A DNA stretch of 61,014 nucleotides from Candidatus Kapaibacterium sp. (GCA_027082775.1 JALWUI010000112.1:1-61014); one strand, 5' to 3'; counted from the stretch's first letter, positions 40,619-50,488 are shown. The notes: generated by a model from the letters alone, not told the origin. Made by a program: numbers and translations.

Positions 40619-43600
40619 ATGAAAGAAACGGTACGGTACACGTTTTTGCTGCTGATTCTGGGCACTGTTTCTCTGTGGTCGCAAAGTTTTCCTTCTAAGA
40701 TCCCTTTCCAGGGAATGCTCACGACAAGCGGCAACGTCGCTGTTCCAGACGGCACCTATCAACTGACTTTCAAACTGTACACCACCAGTTCCGGTGGTAC
40801 TGCGCTCTGGAGTGAAACGCAAAATGTAACGGTTCGGAACGGTCTGTTCTCCGTCCTGTTGGGATCGAATACGGCGCTCAACTTAGACTTTCGGCAGCAA
40901 TACTACCTGGGCATTACAATTGGCAACGGCAACGAACTATCCCCGCGTATTCCGCTGGGCGTTGCTCCCTACAGCTTCCGCTCTCAATGGGTAGAAACCG
41001 TGACCACCGGCAATATATTTCCACTCTTTACGGCTGGAACGGGAATCACGCTCAGTGCTTCAGCAACAAACCTGACGATCTCAGCACAGGCTGATCAACC
41101 ATTATGGAATGCTGCTCAATTGCAGGGACGTCCCATTGCAACGGCTGCACCCAGCACTGGACAGGTGCTTCAGTGGAGCGGTTCGCAATGGCAGCCAGCA
41201 ACGATCGGTGGCGGTGGAACTCAGAATACCGGCGGGGACTTAACCGGACCGGTGACCAACGCTACGGTGATTGCCCTTCGAGGCTATCCGATAGCCAACA
41301 CGGCGCCCAGCACCGGACCGGTCTTGCAAGGGAATGGCCCCCAATGGCAACCGGCAACCGTCAGCGGAAGCGGTGGGACCAGCGGAACAGCCGGATGGGC
41401 AACCAGTGGCAATCTGATTTCCAGTAACGAATTTCTGGGCACGTTGAACAACGCACCACTTCGCATTCGGGTCAATAATCAGCAGATGTTTCAGTGGAAC
41501 ACCAACGGGAGTATCCAACGAGACGCTGGCGGAAATGCTCGCGGAAAGTATGCAATCGATCTGCAAATGGTGCGAACCAGCAACAACGATGTTGCCAGTG
41601 GAGACTATAGCGTCATTGGTGGCGGACGGCGCAATCAGGTCTCAGGAGACTACTCGACAATTAGCGGCGGATATTTCAACACTATCGAGAGCAACCGCAG
41701 TACCATTGGAGGTGGCTACTCACACGATATTTTCTACAATGCGGATTACGGAACGATCGGCGGAGGACGAAGTAACGAACTTCGTTCGCCGTACACAGCC
41801 ATCGGTGGTGGATGGGGCAATGCTATACAATCAGAATCTGAAAACAGTACCATCGGTGGCGGCAAATACAATGACATCGGCACTTACAGTTGGAACAGTA
41901 CCATTTCAGGTGGTTACTACAATAGCATTGCAGATTTCGCTCCACGGTCAACTATCAGCGGTGGCGAACGTAATGATGTTGGAGAAGATGCTGATGGCGC
42001 AACCATTGGCGGCGGCTACAACAATGATATTTTGGCTGGAAGCGATTATGCAACGATTAGCGGTGGATACTACAATGACATTGATACCTCTGCTGTTGCA
42101 GCAACCGTTGGCGGCGGAGACAACAACAACATTGGCAAACATTCCACATCCGCAACGATCGGCGGTGGTGAAGGAAATGACATCGGAATGCTCTCTCCTG
42201 GCGCCACGGTCAGTGGTGGTCTGGGCAATGACATTGGCAATTCTGCTGGTGGAGCAACCATCAGCGGCGGCGAATACAACAACATTGGAAATCTTGCGCA
42301 ATGGTCAACGATTGGCGGCGGAAGTGTTAATGAAATCTTATCCAATGCCAGAGGCGCAACAATCAGCGGCGGCGCTTTAAACACGATTAAAGCCAACACC
42401 CAATTTTCCACCATTAGCGGTGGCGAACACAATATTATTTCCAGCGACCACGGCACTATCGGCGGTGGAAATTTCAACCGAATCTATGGCGATTTCGCTG
42501 TCATCGCCGGCGGCGGTGGAAGTAGCATCTCTGACTCCAATTCCATCACTGCCGACTGGGGCGCTATTTTGGGCGGTAAGCGACACCGCATTCAGGCTCC
42601 TTATGGCACAATCATCGGCGGACTGCAAAACACCATCTACGGCAACGCAACGGCTGCTACCATTACAGGCGGACAAACAAATCTCGTTGCCACGGGTTCT
42701 CAATACAGTGTAATCGGCGGCGGCAATGCGAATGAGATTCAAGCCAACGCATCGTATGGAGTGATTGGTGGTGGCGATCGTAACGCCATTCGCTCTTCCG
42801 CTTCCTACGCTGCCGTTGGAGGTGGTCGCTTGAACACCATCACGGGTAGCTACGGAAGCATCAGCGGCGGCGATAGCAACACTGTTGCGGAAACCTATGC
42901 CAGTATTGGCGGTGGATACAAAAACCTGGCGCAGCAGCAAGGGGCAAGAATTGGTGGTGGTGGCTACAACAAAGCACGGGGGAATTTCGCTGTCATCGCT
43001 GGCGGCGGCGGAAGTAGTGCGGCGGACTCCAACTCCATCACTGCTGATTGGGGTGCAATTCTGGGCGGGAAGCAACACCGCATTCAGTCACCATACGCCA
43101 GCATTGGCGGGGGCAAGCACAACCTTATTTACCCCTCCGCAACTGCTGCAACGATCGGTGGTGGAGAAAACAATACGATTGTTACCAGTGCCCAGTTGAG
43201 TACTATTGGGGGAGGTTATGAGAATACTATCAGAGCCTCCGCTTCGTATAGCACCCTGGTCGGCGGCAAATACAACACCATTCAGGAAAACTCCAATTAC
43301 GGTTTCATCGGTGGTGGAAATGCTAACACCATTGGATTCAGCAGTCCAGGTGCGACTATTGCTGGTGGATACAGCAATTCGATCAATCCTCTCGCCGAAT
43401 TTGCCTTTATTGGTGGCGGATATTACAACCAAGCGGTTGCTCCCAATGCAACGATTGGAGGTGGTGGTTTCAATCGAGGGGATGTCGCGTGCTTTGTCGG
43501 TGGCGGACTGGGAAACACCACCTATGGTGAATACGACGTTATCGGGGGCGGATATAACAATTCTATCTCCAGCCCCTCTGGCACAATCGGTGGCGGAAAA

Positions 43601-45589
43601 TACCACACCATCTTTTCCCACAGTACTTCCTCGACAATTGCTGGTGGAAGGTATAACATCATCGGCAACAATTCACCTCTCGGTTTCATCGGCGGCGGCT
43701 ATCACAATGTGATCTTCGCCAAGTATGGCGTGGTCGGTGGCGGTGGCGGTCCCAGCTTTCGAGATTCCAATGCCGTCGTCGCTGACTGGGGTGCAATTCT
43801 GGGCGGACAGCACAACAAAGTATCTGGCACTGCAGGGAGCATCGTCGGAGGCGATGGCAATCTAGTTGCTGGCAACTATGCTCACATCGGCGGCGGATAT
43901 AAGGACACGGTCGCCGGTTCGTACGCAGTCATCAGCGGTGGAAACTCCAATAAGGCTTTAGCAAACTACAGCTTCATTGGCGGCGGGAATAGCAACACAG
44001 CATCGGGTCAATATGCTGCTATCGCTGGTGGGGCATCTAATGAAAGTGCGGGAAGTTACAGCAGTGTTACCGGAGGATATTCCAACAAAGCCACTGGCAA
44101 CTATAGCGGCGTGAGTGCCGGATCGACCAACGAAGCAACGGGAAGCTATAGCGCCGTTGGAGGCGGGTACAGAAATCAGGCAACCGGAAGCTATAGTCTC
44201 ACCGGTGGCGGTGCTTACAACAAAGCTGGTGGACAGTATAGCGCTGCGGTCGGTGGATATCGCGATACAGCATCCACTGATTATGCTTTCGTCGGTGGCG
44301 GTTCTTATAACGCTGCCTCTGCTCCCTTCGCCTTCGTTGGCGGTGGATCGGTCAATAAAGTTTCGGATTCGGCAAGTACTATCAGCGGTGGGTTCAGTAA
44401 TACAGTCTCTGCCCGCTACGCCACGATTAGTGGGGGACGTTCAAACCGGATATCCAATTCCTATGGGACCATTGGTGGCGGCAAGGAAAATCTTGCGTCT
44501 GCTCTGTACGCAACGGTAGGCGGTGGATACCGCGACACCGCTTCTGGTGCCTACACAGTTGTCAGCGGTGGAGCGGATAATACTGCCTCTGGAAGTCATA
44601 GCACTATTGGTGGTGGGCTGAGCAATGCTGCTTCGGGCAATGCAGCAGCAATTGGTGGCGGTGCATCCAACGCTGCCGCTGGTGCATACGCTGCCATTGC
44701 TGGCGGCATCCACAATGTTGCACCTGGGGAACGATCTGCTATTGCCGGTGGCGACTCCAATCGTACTGCCGGCAACTACAGCGGTGTGCTCGGCGGATTC
44801 GCCAATCAGGCGACGGGCAACTATAGTGCCGTGGGCGGTGGAGCATTGAACAACGCTGCTGGAGCTTACAGCGTCGTTGCCAATGGACAATCGAACACTG
44901 CTGCCGGAGCCTACAGTTGGGTCGGTGGCAAGAGTATGTACCTCTCAACTTCCGCAACGCATACCTTCGTATGGGGATACGCCTCAGCGACGTCGGCGAT
45001 TACGACTGCCAATGCTTTCCTGATCGCCCCCTATGGACAGACCTTTGTTGTCGGAATCAACGTCTCTTCGCCAACCTATGCACTGGAACTTCCCAACAAT
45101 ACGACCAATACCATTGGCAAGGCGCGAGCAAATGACTGGGTCACGTATTCGGACGATCGGATCAAAAGCCGTATCCGTCCTATTGACAGTGCGCTGGCGG
45201 TCGTTCTCCGAATGCAACCGGTACACTACTATCAGCATAGTACTCGCTGGGAAAACGGCAAATTAGTGGTATCGCCAACGGGTGAAGATCGCTACGGATT
45301 TTTGGCACAACAACTGGCACAAGTGGTGCCTGAAGCTGTGGAAGCACCGCAGAATGCATCGGATCTGTGGAGCATCAGCTACCTACAACTTATTCCCATT
45401 CTGACGGCGGCACTTCAGCAACAGCACAGTATCATCGAACAACAGCAGGAAACCATCGAGCAACTCCAGCAAAAAATTTTCCGTCTGCAAGAGCAGCTTG
45501 TCCGCTTTGTTACCATGCAGCAGTACATCCTCTCAATCGTGCGCCCAAGCCAACGCGTTCAGTATGGTGCAGTAGGATCGCAACGGTAA
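40619..45589 (+). CDS. ~1656-aa tail-fibre-like surface protein: N-terminal fibre domain, about 75 YadA-head-like GG..N repeats, peptidase-S74 intramolecular-chaperone C-terminus
   Basis: The ORF opens at 40493. ATG 40619 (preceded by AGAGGGA) gives the signal peptide MKETVRYTFLLLILGTVSLWSQS. Twin motif L.G.PIA..APSTG.VLQ..G.QWQPAT. Roughly 14-15-aa repeats S.IGGG..N.I......STI(G/S)GG from about 41590 to 44930. The C-terminus NDWVTYSDDRIKSRIRPI...YGFLAQQLAQVVPEAV...ISYLQLIPILT followed by a coiled coil fits the S-D-x-R-x-K Ser/Lys dyad of endosialidase/tail-fibre chaperone domains (Ser codon 45149-45151, Lys codon 45164-45166). Confidence 0.85.
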   Translation: MKETVRYTFLLLILGTVSLWSQSFPSKIPFQGMLTTSGNVAVPDGTYQLTFKLYTTSSGGTALWSETQNVTVRNGLFSVLLGSNTALNLDFRQQYYLGITIGNGNELSPRIPLGVAPYSFRSQWVETVTTGNIFPLFTAGTGITLSASATNLTISAQADQPLWNAAQLQGRPIATAAPSTGQVLQWSGSQWQPATIGGGGTQNTGGDLTGPVTNATVIALRGYPIANTAPSTGPVLQGNGPQWQPATVSGSGGTSGTAGWATSGNLISSNEFLGTLNNAPLRIRVNNQQMFQWNTNGSIQRDAGGNARGKYAIDLQMVRTSNNDVASGDYSVIGGGRRNQVSGDYSTISGGYFNTIESNRSTIGGGYSHDIFYNADYGTIGGGRSNELRSPYTAIGGGWGNAIQSESENSTIGGGKYNDIGTYSWNSTISGGYYNSIADFAPRSTISGGERNDVGEDADGATIGGGYNNDILAGSDYATISGGYYNDIDTSAVAATVGGGDNNNIGKHSTSATIGGGEGNDIGMLSPGATVSGGLGNDIGNSAGGATISGGEYNNIGNLAQWSTIGGGSVNEILSNARGATISGGALNTIKANTQFSTISGGEHNIISSDHGTIGGGNFNRIYGDFAVIAGGGGSSISDSNSITADWGAILGGKRHRIQAPYGTIIGGLQNTIYGNATAATITGGQTNLVATGSQYSVIGGGNANEIQANASYGVIGGGDRNAIRSSASYAAVGGGRLNTITGSYGSISGGDSNTVAETYASIGGGYKNLAQQQGARIGGGGYNKARGNFAVIAGGGGSSAADSNSITADWGAILGGKQHRIQSPYASIGGGKHNLIYPSATAATIGGGENNTIVTSAQLSTIGGGYENTIRASASYSTLVGGKYNTIQENSNYGFIGGGNANTIGFSSPGATIAGGYSNSINPLAEFAFIGGGYYNQAVAPNATIGGGGFNRGDVACFVGGGLGNTTYGEYDVIGGGYNNSISSPSGTIGGGKYHTIFSHSTSSTIAGGRYNIIGNNSPLGFIGGGYHNVIFAKYGVVGGGGGPSFRDSNAVVADWGAILGGQHNKVSGTAGSIVGGDGNLVAGNYAHIGGGYKDTVAGSYAVISGGNSNKALANYSFIGGGNSNTASGQYAAIAGGASNESAGSYSSVTGGYSNKATGNYSGVSAGSTNEATGSYSAVGGGYRNQATGSYSLTGGGAYNKAGGQYSAAVGGYRDTASTDYAFVGGGSYNAASAPFAFVGGGSVNKVSDSASTISGGFSNTVSARYATISGGRSNRISNSYGTIGGGKENLASALYATVGGGYRDTASGAYTVVSGGADNTASGSHSTIGGGLSNAASGNAAAIGGGASNAAAGAYAAIAGGIHNVAPGERSAIAGGDSNRTAGNYSGVLGGFANQATGNYSAVGGGALNNAAGAYSVVANGQSNTAAGAYSWVGGKSMYLSTSATHTFVWGYASATSAITTANAFLIAPYGQTFVVGINVSSPTYALELPNNTTNTIGKARANDWVTYSDDRIKSRIRPIDSALAVVLRMQPVHYYQHSTRWENGKLVVSPTGEDRYGFLAQQLAQVVPEAVEAPQNASDLWSISYLQLIPILTAALQQQHSIIEQQQETIEQLQQKIFRLQEQLVRFVTMQQYILSIVRPSQRVQYGAVGSQR

Positions 45590-45711
45590 TCCATCGTACG
45601 TGCTGTGCCCTGTACCCCCTTTGGAGGCGGGCAGGCTGCTCTGCTTTTGTCTAATACATCGGACAACTCAGCGTACCCATCAAAGAAGTACAACAAAATA
45701 GGATCAAATAA

Positions 45712-46281
45712 ATGGCAAAAGAAAATAGCAGAATGTCAGAACGCTCTTCCGTTCGGCTTCTTGCTCGGTGGCTTTCGGTAGTATTGGTCACCCTCTTCTG
45801 CTGCTTAGCCCTCTTGATCCCCGGTGGACCAATTGAAAACCGGAACTTCTCTCATTTAGCTCCCGCGACCGTCTGGATTTTCAACACCTTCCTCACGCTG
45901 CTGGGATTCAGTGCTCTGGTCGTCGCGTTTTTTGCCTGGAAACAGGCGCGATGGACGTTCAGTGCCGCGCTGAGTATTGGGCTGCTGTTCGCTATTGTCG
46001 ATCTTCTGGATCTCCTCCACATCTTTCCGACATCTCCCACTCCAATGAGCCTCTTACTCTGGAGCTTTGCGATGGGCATCCTTCTGCTGAGCGGGCTTGC
46101 GATTTTCGTATCGCTAAGGCTCCTCAGCCTTTCTGCCACCATTGACTCTCACCCGTTACCACAGAGCAAAGTAGCCGCCTTCGTTGCCCGCCATAAGGTG
46201 CTTATTGCTGCTCTGTTCTTGCTTCTGAGCATTGCTGCTATCGTATTTGCCTCGCTGTCCATCTTACATTCCAAACCATAA
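45712..46281 (+). CDS. hypothetical integral membrane protein (about 5 TM segments)
   Basis: 189-aa ORF with repeated 20-residue hydrophobic stretches. No motif recognised. Confidence 0.6.
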   Translation: MAKENSRMSERSSVRLLARWLSVVLVTLFCCLALLIPGGPIENRNFSHLAPATVWIFNTFLTLLGFSALVVAFFAWKQARWTFSAALSIGLLFAIVDLLDLLHIFPTSPTPMSLLLWSFAMGILLLSGLAIFVSLRLLSLSATIDSHPLPQSKVAAFVARHKVLIAALFLLLSIAAIVFASLSILHSKP

Positions 46282-46336
46282 GCCAAACCGTTTCACCAAA
46301 CGTTCCTCCTTTCCAACCACCTTTGCCGATGCACCG

Positions 46337-46360
46337 TTGCAAAATTTCCGTCTTTTGCAA
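46337..46360. promoter_or_regulatory. inverted repeat TTGCAAAA-N8-TTTTGCAA upstream of carA (candidate operator)
   Basis: Perfect 8-bp arms at 46337-46344 and 46353-46360, 42 nt upstream of the carA ATG. Confidence 0.3.
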
Positions 46361-46401
46361 ACGTTGTAGCGCTGGAAGTTGGGCAAGAATGCACGGGCAC
46401 A

Positions 46402-47571
46402 ATGGCAAAGATCCCGGCGATTTTAGCCTTAGAAGATGGGACAATCTTTTCTGGTTATGCTTTCGGTGATCCAGAAGCAGAAGCAGCAGGTGAAGTTGTT
46501 TTCAACACCGGGATGACGGGGTATCAGGAAGTGCTCACTGACCCCAGCTATCGGGGACAAATCCTGACATTCACGTATCCACACATCGGCAACTACGGCA
46601 TTAATCCCGACGATTGGGAATCGGATCAATTCCAGGCAGAAGGCGTTATCGTCCGGGAATATTCTCGAAGCTATTCGAACTGGAGAGCGCGGCAATCACT
46701 GGAACAATGGATGCAGGAGCATCGGAAAATCGGGATTGAAGGAATCGATACCCGGTTTTTGGTCCGCCATCTCCGCTCCGTTGGCGTGATGCGGGGCATC
46801 ATCTCTGCGAAAGAAACAGATCCCCAGAAGCTGGTGCGTCGTGCTCAGGAAATCCCCGCGATGGAAGGACAAAACTTAGCACGCCTTGTCGGGACACGGA
46901 CCACCTACTACTGGCAATTGGACAATGACACCCTGCTCTCCCCACCCCAGCACAAAGCCTCTCGCCCCTTCAAAGTGGCGGTGATTGACTTCGGTGTTAA
47001 AAAAAATATTCTCCGCCGTCTCGCACTCTACGGATGCCAGCTTACCGTTTTTCCGCAAACAGCGACGACTGCTGATATTTTGGAAGCACAACCGGACGGG
47101 ATCTTTCTTTCCAATGGACCCGGCGATCCAGCAGCGGTGCACGACGGTATTCGCTTAATCCAGAATCTCTCTCACAGTGGCAAACCCCTTTTCGGTATCT
47201 GTCTGGGACATCAGTTAATCGCCTTAGCCTTTGGTGCGCGGACCTACAAATTAAAATTTGGACATCGCGGGATCAATCATCCAGTCAAAAACCTCCTCAC
47301 TGGCAGCATTGAAATCACCTCCCACAACCACGGATTTGCTGTCGATCCCGATTCCCTTCCCAGCGAACTGGAAATCACTCACCTGAGTCTTTATGACCAA
47401 ACGGTCGAAGGATTCCGCCACCGCGAATTGCCAATCTTTTGCGTCCAGTACCACCCGGAAGCAGCGCCAGGACCTCACGACGCAGACTATCTCTTTGTAG
47501 AATTCCTGCGGCTGATGGAAATTCCCTCCCTTGCTCCTTTTGCACACACCACGATAACGGAAGTTGCGTAA
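46402..47571 (+). CDS. carA: carbamoyl-phosphate synthase small (glutamine amidotransferase) subunit
   Basis: 389 aa. LALEDGT.F.G..FG.......GEVVFNTGMTGYQEVLTDPSY.GQI..FTYP.IGNYG.N; GATase triad context GICLGHQL..A, HNHGFAV, QYHPEA. Confidence 0.95.
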   Translation: MAKIPAILALEDGTIFSGYAFGDPEAEAAGEVVFNTGMTGYQEVLTDPSYRGQILTFTYPHIGNYGINPDDWESDQFQAEGVIVREYSRSYSNWRARQSLEQWMQEHRKIGIEGIDTRFLVRHLRSVGVMRGIISAKETDPQKLVRRAQEIPAMEGQNLARLVGTRTTYYWQLDNDTLLSPPQHKASRPFKVAVIDFGVKKNILRRLALYGCQLTVFPQTATTADILEAQPDGIFLSNGPGDPAAVHDGIRLIQNLSHSGKPLFGICLGHQLIALAFGARTYKLKFGHRGINHPVKNLLTGSIEITSHNHGFAVDPDSLPSELEITHLSLYDQTVEGFRHRELPIFCVQYHPEAAPGPHDADYLFVEFLRLMEIPSLAPFAHTTITEVA

Positions 47572-47650
47572 CCCCCTTCTCTGCTATCTTGTACTCTCTG
47601 GAAACTTGCCGATCCGGGACGGAGCACTTTTCTGCTATCCCCCTTCTCCA

Positions 47651-48244
47651 CTATCTCGTGCTCTCCGGAAATGCGCTTCCCACAACCTTCAAGGTGTTGT
47701 CTTCGGTCAATACCACAATCGTTTCCCCTGGGGAAACAACGATATGTTGCAACTGCTGTCGCTTCTCCGGAAAAGCTGTTTCCTCCAGCGTGACCGATAC
47801 TTTTCCCACCCACGGAATTTCTTCGTAAAACATAATAGCAGCATCTTCCCGAATTCCGCGCGGGCGATGGATCGCATCGTACAAGACAGTATCCCGATCC
47901 TCATCATAAACGGTCAATCGGATCGGTGAACGGCGCTGGGAAATGACCACTTTCTGCGTCATATGCTTCAGCTTCGCTTTTGGGTGGTATTGCTCGACCG
48001 TAGTGGAAACATACGAAATTGCAAACACCAAATAGCCGGTATCGGTACGGTACCAGTGATACGTCCACGTACTGCCAACCCACAGAAGCACTCCTAAAAT
48101 AGCAATAGCGCCAGTCAGAAGGAAAAAATTTGTGGGATAATGCCCCAGCACCTGAATCTTCGGATGATGGAGCTTCTCTTCCTGCCGCTGTTTCTGCTGC
48201 CGTTTGGTACTGAGAACTGCTCGAATGTCACTGAACAGGCTCAT
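47651..48244 (-). CDS. hypothetical membrane-anchored protein, last gene of the oxidase operon
   Basis: 197-aa ORF with one or two N-terminal TM segments. Overlaps the upstream gene by 17 nt. No motif recognised. Confidence 0.55.
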   Translation of the reverse strand: MSLFSDIRAVLSTKRQQKQRQEEKLHHPKIQVLGHYPTNFFLLTGAIAILGVLLWVGSTWTYHWYRTDTGYLVFAISYVSTTVEQYHPKAKLKHMTQKVVISQRRSPIRLTVYDEDRDTVLYDAIHRPRGIREDAAIMFYEEIPWVGKVSVTLEETAFPEKRQQLQHIVVSPGETIVVLTEDNTLKVVGSAFPESTR

Positions 48245-49721
48245 CTATCTGCTCGCTTTGTTGCTGAAATGCTGCCAGGCATTCGGCTAATGAAGCTGAT
48301 GTCGGACACATTGTAATTCTATCCGTTGGAACGTCCTTCGGCAACTGAGGACGGCGGTACCGGCTCAGCCGCAATTGCGTCCACTGAGGTCCCAGCCGAT
48401 AGTAGCACCGCTCACAATGCAACAGCATCACCCCACTGTATTGTCCTGTTCTCCATTGCTCAGCTACCATTGCTGGATGCAGATCGCCAATGCACGCCAG
48501 TGGCTGGACTGTCCCATATTTGCGCAGCTCGTGCAGTTCTTCTACCGTCAAGGACGAGCCACAGGCGTAAATCAGCAGCGATGCTTCTGCTTCTTGCGCA
48601 GGCAGTGGTTTTGGGATCGGGACAGAAATTGCCTGAAGATGACAGGAAGCAATGCAAATGCCGCATCGAACACACAGCGCTGGATCGATCGAAGCTTTGA
48701 AAACGGGTCGTTGCATTTGCCCTACTGATCCCGATGTTGTCGGACGCATCGTAATGGCAGAATAGGGACAATCCAGATAACACTGCCGGCATCCATCGCA
48801 TTGCTCAACGTCAATTTCCGGTACTGAAAGTGCTAATCGCTCCTGTACTTTCGGTAGAAACGGTAAGGCAAACAATACAATGCCAGCAGCAACCCAGAGA
48901 ACCCAGACCAGTGTTGGTGAGAACCAGCGCAACAGTTGATAGCCAGCAAAGTAATACCAATCCCACGTAGTATGCAGCGGTAAAAACAAACTGGTCGCTG
49001 GTAGATCACTGCGGACGGGAACGACCAGTGCCAGGATGCCAAATAGTGCCAAAAGTCCCAGCGTAATGTTCCGCGGCGGCAACAACCGCACAGCGTTCAT
49101 CCGCATCACGTGAATCCAGAAGAGAATCAGCACCCCTAGAGAGAAAAACAAGTGTGCAAATAGCATCACGCGAAAGAAGCCTCCCAACAAATGTGGGTCC
49201 TTGAGCACAAAAGCAATGGGTAACGTTGGTTCAAAAATCGGTAATGTTGTCAACAACTGAGCAGACAACAGTCCCAGCAACTTCGCTTTTGCATCCCACA
49301 CCAGGATAAAGCCCGACAATCCGATCAATCCCATTACAAAGATCATCACGATGCCAGAAAACCACGCGATTTTCAGGTGGTATTTCCGCAGCAGCAGCGT
49401 GTGGAGAAAATGAATCAGGCTAAAAACAATGAAGGCATCGGAACTGTACCGATGTACTCCCCGCATCAAACTTCCCAGAAGGGTCGATGAAATCTCCTCA
49501 ACGGATTGATATGCTACTGCCGGATCGATCTGGAAGAAAATGAACAGATAAATTCCCGACAGAGCGGCGATCAAAAAGGTGACAAAGGAAAGCTGTCCAG
49601 CAAAATACAGCGGATTCTCATCAGTTCCGGTAATCCAATTGAGTTTCGCTGCAATACGCAAATACAAACGATGTCCTTTCACAAGAAAGCTTTGCATTCT
49701 CAGCACCGTTGTTACTTGCAC
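48228..49721 (-). CDS. fusion protein: di-haem cytochrome b domain + 2x[4Fe-4S] ferredoxin + FlpD/MvhD-like C-terminal domain
   Basis: 497 aa. Two His pairs 14 residues apart in TM helices (GVHRYSSDAFIVFSLIH and AHLFFSLGVLILFWIH), as in cytochrome b. CDGCRQCYLDCP and CVRCGICIASC clusters. The C-terminus LLIYACGSS...LACIGDLHPAMV...GVMLLHCERCYY resembles the FlpD (methyl-viologen-reducing hydrogenase delta) pattern. Confidence 0.7.
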   Translation of the reverse strand: MQVTTVLRMQSFLVKGHRLYLRIAAKLNWITGTDENPLYFAGQLSFVTFLIAALSGIYLFIFFQIDPAVAYQSVEEISSTLLGSLMRGVHRYSSDAFIVFSLIHFLHTLLLRKYHLKIAWFSGIVMIFVMGLIGLSGFILVWDAKAKLLGLLSAQLLTTLPIFEPTLPIAFVLKDPHLLGGFFRVMLFAHLFFSLGVLILFWIHVMRMNAVRLLPPRNITLGLLALFGILALVVPVRSDLPATSLFLPLHTTWDWYYFAGYQLLRWFSPTLVWVLWVAAGIVLFALPFLPKVQERLALSVPEIDVEQCDGCRQCYLDCPYSAITMRPTTSGSVGQMQRPVFKASIDPALCVRCGICIASCHLQAISVPIPKPLPAQEAEASLLIYACGSSLTVEELHELRKYGTVQPLACIGDLHPAMVAEQWRTGQYSGVMLLHCERCYYRLGPQWTQLRLSRYRRPQLPKDVPTDRITMCPTSASLAECLAAFQQQSEQIDEPVQ

Positions 49722-49723
49722 TT

Positions 49724-50488
49724 TTACCGCGCTGCTCTGACCCGATTGCGAAGGAAAAAGAAGATCAGGGAGCCCAGAACAATGATTCCAGCCGCCAGGT
49801 GAATAAGAATGGAGACATCAAACTGAATCTCTCCGGTCACTGGATCATAGACAAAACACTGGGTCCACGCCCGATCCCACCAAGATATTCCCTGCAGGTT
49901 CTGAGACGCTGCTGTAATCGCCTTACGAATGGATCCGGGATCCGGACTCACTCCAACATAGTAACTGGAAATTCGAGCACCTGCTGTCAAAAAAACCGCT
50001 AAATTCGGGTGGGTATAGATTTGTAGTCGATCATCCCAGCGCACCGGCATCCCAATCGCTGCCAGCAGCGTATCGATTGCTGCGGAATCTGCGGAAACCA
50101 CATACCAGCTATCCACTGGCAGTTTCCACCGCCGGCGGAAACGCTTCAGGTCTGCCGGAGTGTCCCGATGATCAAATGAGAAGGTGATCACGGTGAGGCT
50201 CTTTCCTGGCTCTCCCAGTGTTTCCAGCGCTTCTTTCCACCCTTCGGTAATAGCGGAACAGGAATGAGGACACGAAGTATAAATCGGCAGCAATAAAACC
50301 GGCTGCGTGTGAAAAAGAGACAGCAGGGAGAAGGAATCTCCCTGCTCGTCGAAAACCGTGATAGGGGGTAGCACGGCTCCAGAATGATCGGTATACGGCT
50401 TCGCTGTATCACTCCACCCTGCAATTTGGCAGAGTATCCACCATACAGCAAGCGCTATTATCCAACGTACCATGTCGCTGCCAGCCAC
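49724..50488 (-). CDS. SCO1/SenC-family copper chaperone (thioredoxin fold) with C-terminal TM segment
   Basis: 254 aa. VLLLPIYTSCPHSCS (CxxxC), ..ITFSFDHRDTP..L..F, and a conserved downstream His (IYTHPNLAVFL). An alternative start is Met6 at 50473. Confidence 0.8.
   Translation of the reverse strand: MAGSDMVRWIIALAVWWILCQIAGWSDTAKPYTDHSGAVLPPITVFDEQGDSFSLLSLFHTQPVLLLPIYTSCPHSCSAITEGWKEALETLGEPGKSLTVITFSFDHRDTPADLKRFRRRWKLPVDSWYVVSADSAAIDTLLAAIGMPVRWDDRLQIYTHPNLAVFLTAGARISSYYVGVSPDPGSIRKAITAASQNLQGISWWDRAWTQCFVYDPVTGEIQFDVSILIHLAAGIIVLGSLIFFFLRNRVRAAR

Noticed and set aside
41104-45266. ORFs on both strands inside the tail-fibre-like gene, for example 41535-42380 (+, 281 aa), 42377-43078 (-, 233 aa) and 43088-43621 (-).
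   Set aside because: These are alternative-frame or antisense readings of the GG..N repeat DNA. The 40619-45589 frame alone has a signal peptide, regular repeats and a recognisable C-terminal domain.
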